Below, piece by piece: positions 63,219 to 64,000 of a stretch of DNA of 64,000 nt (position 1 is its first letter; each line of letters opens with the position of its first letter). The DNA lies in assembly GCA_002633005.1 (NCBI GenBank), contig NMRA01000348.1:173065-237064 (forward strand), given 5' to 3'. Position numbers and translations under genes: made by a program. The notes under the pieces are model-generated. The model was not told the DNA's origin. It made no database searches and was given only the letters and a program-made list of their open reading frames with translations. The DNA comes from Phoronis australis. Lineage: Eukaryota; Animalia; Phoronida.

Positions 63219-64000
63219 GTAAGATATTACACACACACACACACACCCTATATGCATGTAATTAGGTCCTTGCGCCTATAACGTGCATGTGAAGCTGCAC
63301 CTACGTAATCAAATTAATGAACCTATAGAGAATATGCCTACAGCCGGGAAATGTGACCTTAGGCGTGACGAAAATGGTCAGTCACCTTAAAATCTTGCAA
63401 AAACGACTTCGAAAAAAGCTTCTATATATTGGCAGTTGTAACACCAGCACCAAGTGCATGCTAGCACCCAGCCTAACGTAGGAGCTCGAATTTTTGAGAA
63501 TGTGGACCTTTTCATAAATTCTCGGGGTATGTTCAGAGCTATGAATTGTGCATTCGCCGAATCATGGTTGTTCCTGCCTTTTTAGTGGACTTTTGTCTCG
63601 TTTTCCACTTTTTCGTTGCTTTTGTTTTCCGAGGCGGATGTTTTTTACCCGATTCGCCAAATGGGGGAGCCCCCTGAGCATGGAGTGACATGTCTTTTAG
63701 TGACTTAGCTGACCTCAGTGCCAAATTTCCGTCACGTTTCGGTAGTGACCATAGCTTGCAACCACCACAGGCGCCTCAGCTTCTGATCGTCCCCAATACA
63801 CTACATATAATACTACAAGGTAGGACCCTCCCGACTAGAAATTCCACGGGTGCTTCACTTCAGCCGTCCATAGCAAACATAAAACTCAATAAATTTACAC
63901 AAAACAGGGGTTCAACAAATCATGAAGAATTGTTCTTTCGCCCAATACCATTCACGGTGTCCTGTTACGGCGACTTCGTAAGAAATTCGTAGTAAAAGAA

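Larger units (their letters stand above)
56975..63335 (+). repeat. Segmental paralogue copy 2 (of ~421-6425)
   Basis: Colinear exons and introns. Confidence 0.9.

Overview
This is AT-rich, intron-rich animal genomic DNA, not prokaryotic; a marine invertebrate is likely (inference). The + strand carries a tandem cluster of mosaic extracellular lectin/adhesion genes, built mostly from symmetric phase-1 exons. Gene A is a partial model (659-8207: TSP1-WSC-TSP1x4). Gene B has a signal-peptide exon at 17559, then SUEL/Gal-lectin + CCP exons, present twice. Gene C has a paralogous signal-peptide exon at 37849, then CCP-PAN-PAN-CTLD-TSP1-PAN-CTLD-FA58C-TSP1-WSC-TSP1-WSC-TSP1-TSP1; its 19 exons give about 1268 aa in one open frame and it probably runs off the window. 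The 3' part of gene C is a paralogue of gene A, offset by about 56.5 kb. Two ~3-3.5 kb tandem duplications begin exactly at single-N assembly joins (12189, 23703) and may be uncollapsed haplotypes. TE relics include an RNase H-bearing LINE (x2), a DIRS-type gag/pol fragment, an RTE fragment, an Academ-like fragment, a Kolobok-like THAP element, palindromic-array elements and microsatellites. Comparing duplicated copies shows recurrent TA->TACATGTA/TACAGTA/TACAGTGTA micro-insertions resembling Tc1/mariner excision footprints, one of them in frame inside a signal peptide. All exon boundaries were read by hand from AG/GT sites and reading phase, without transcript support.
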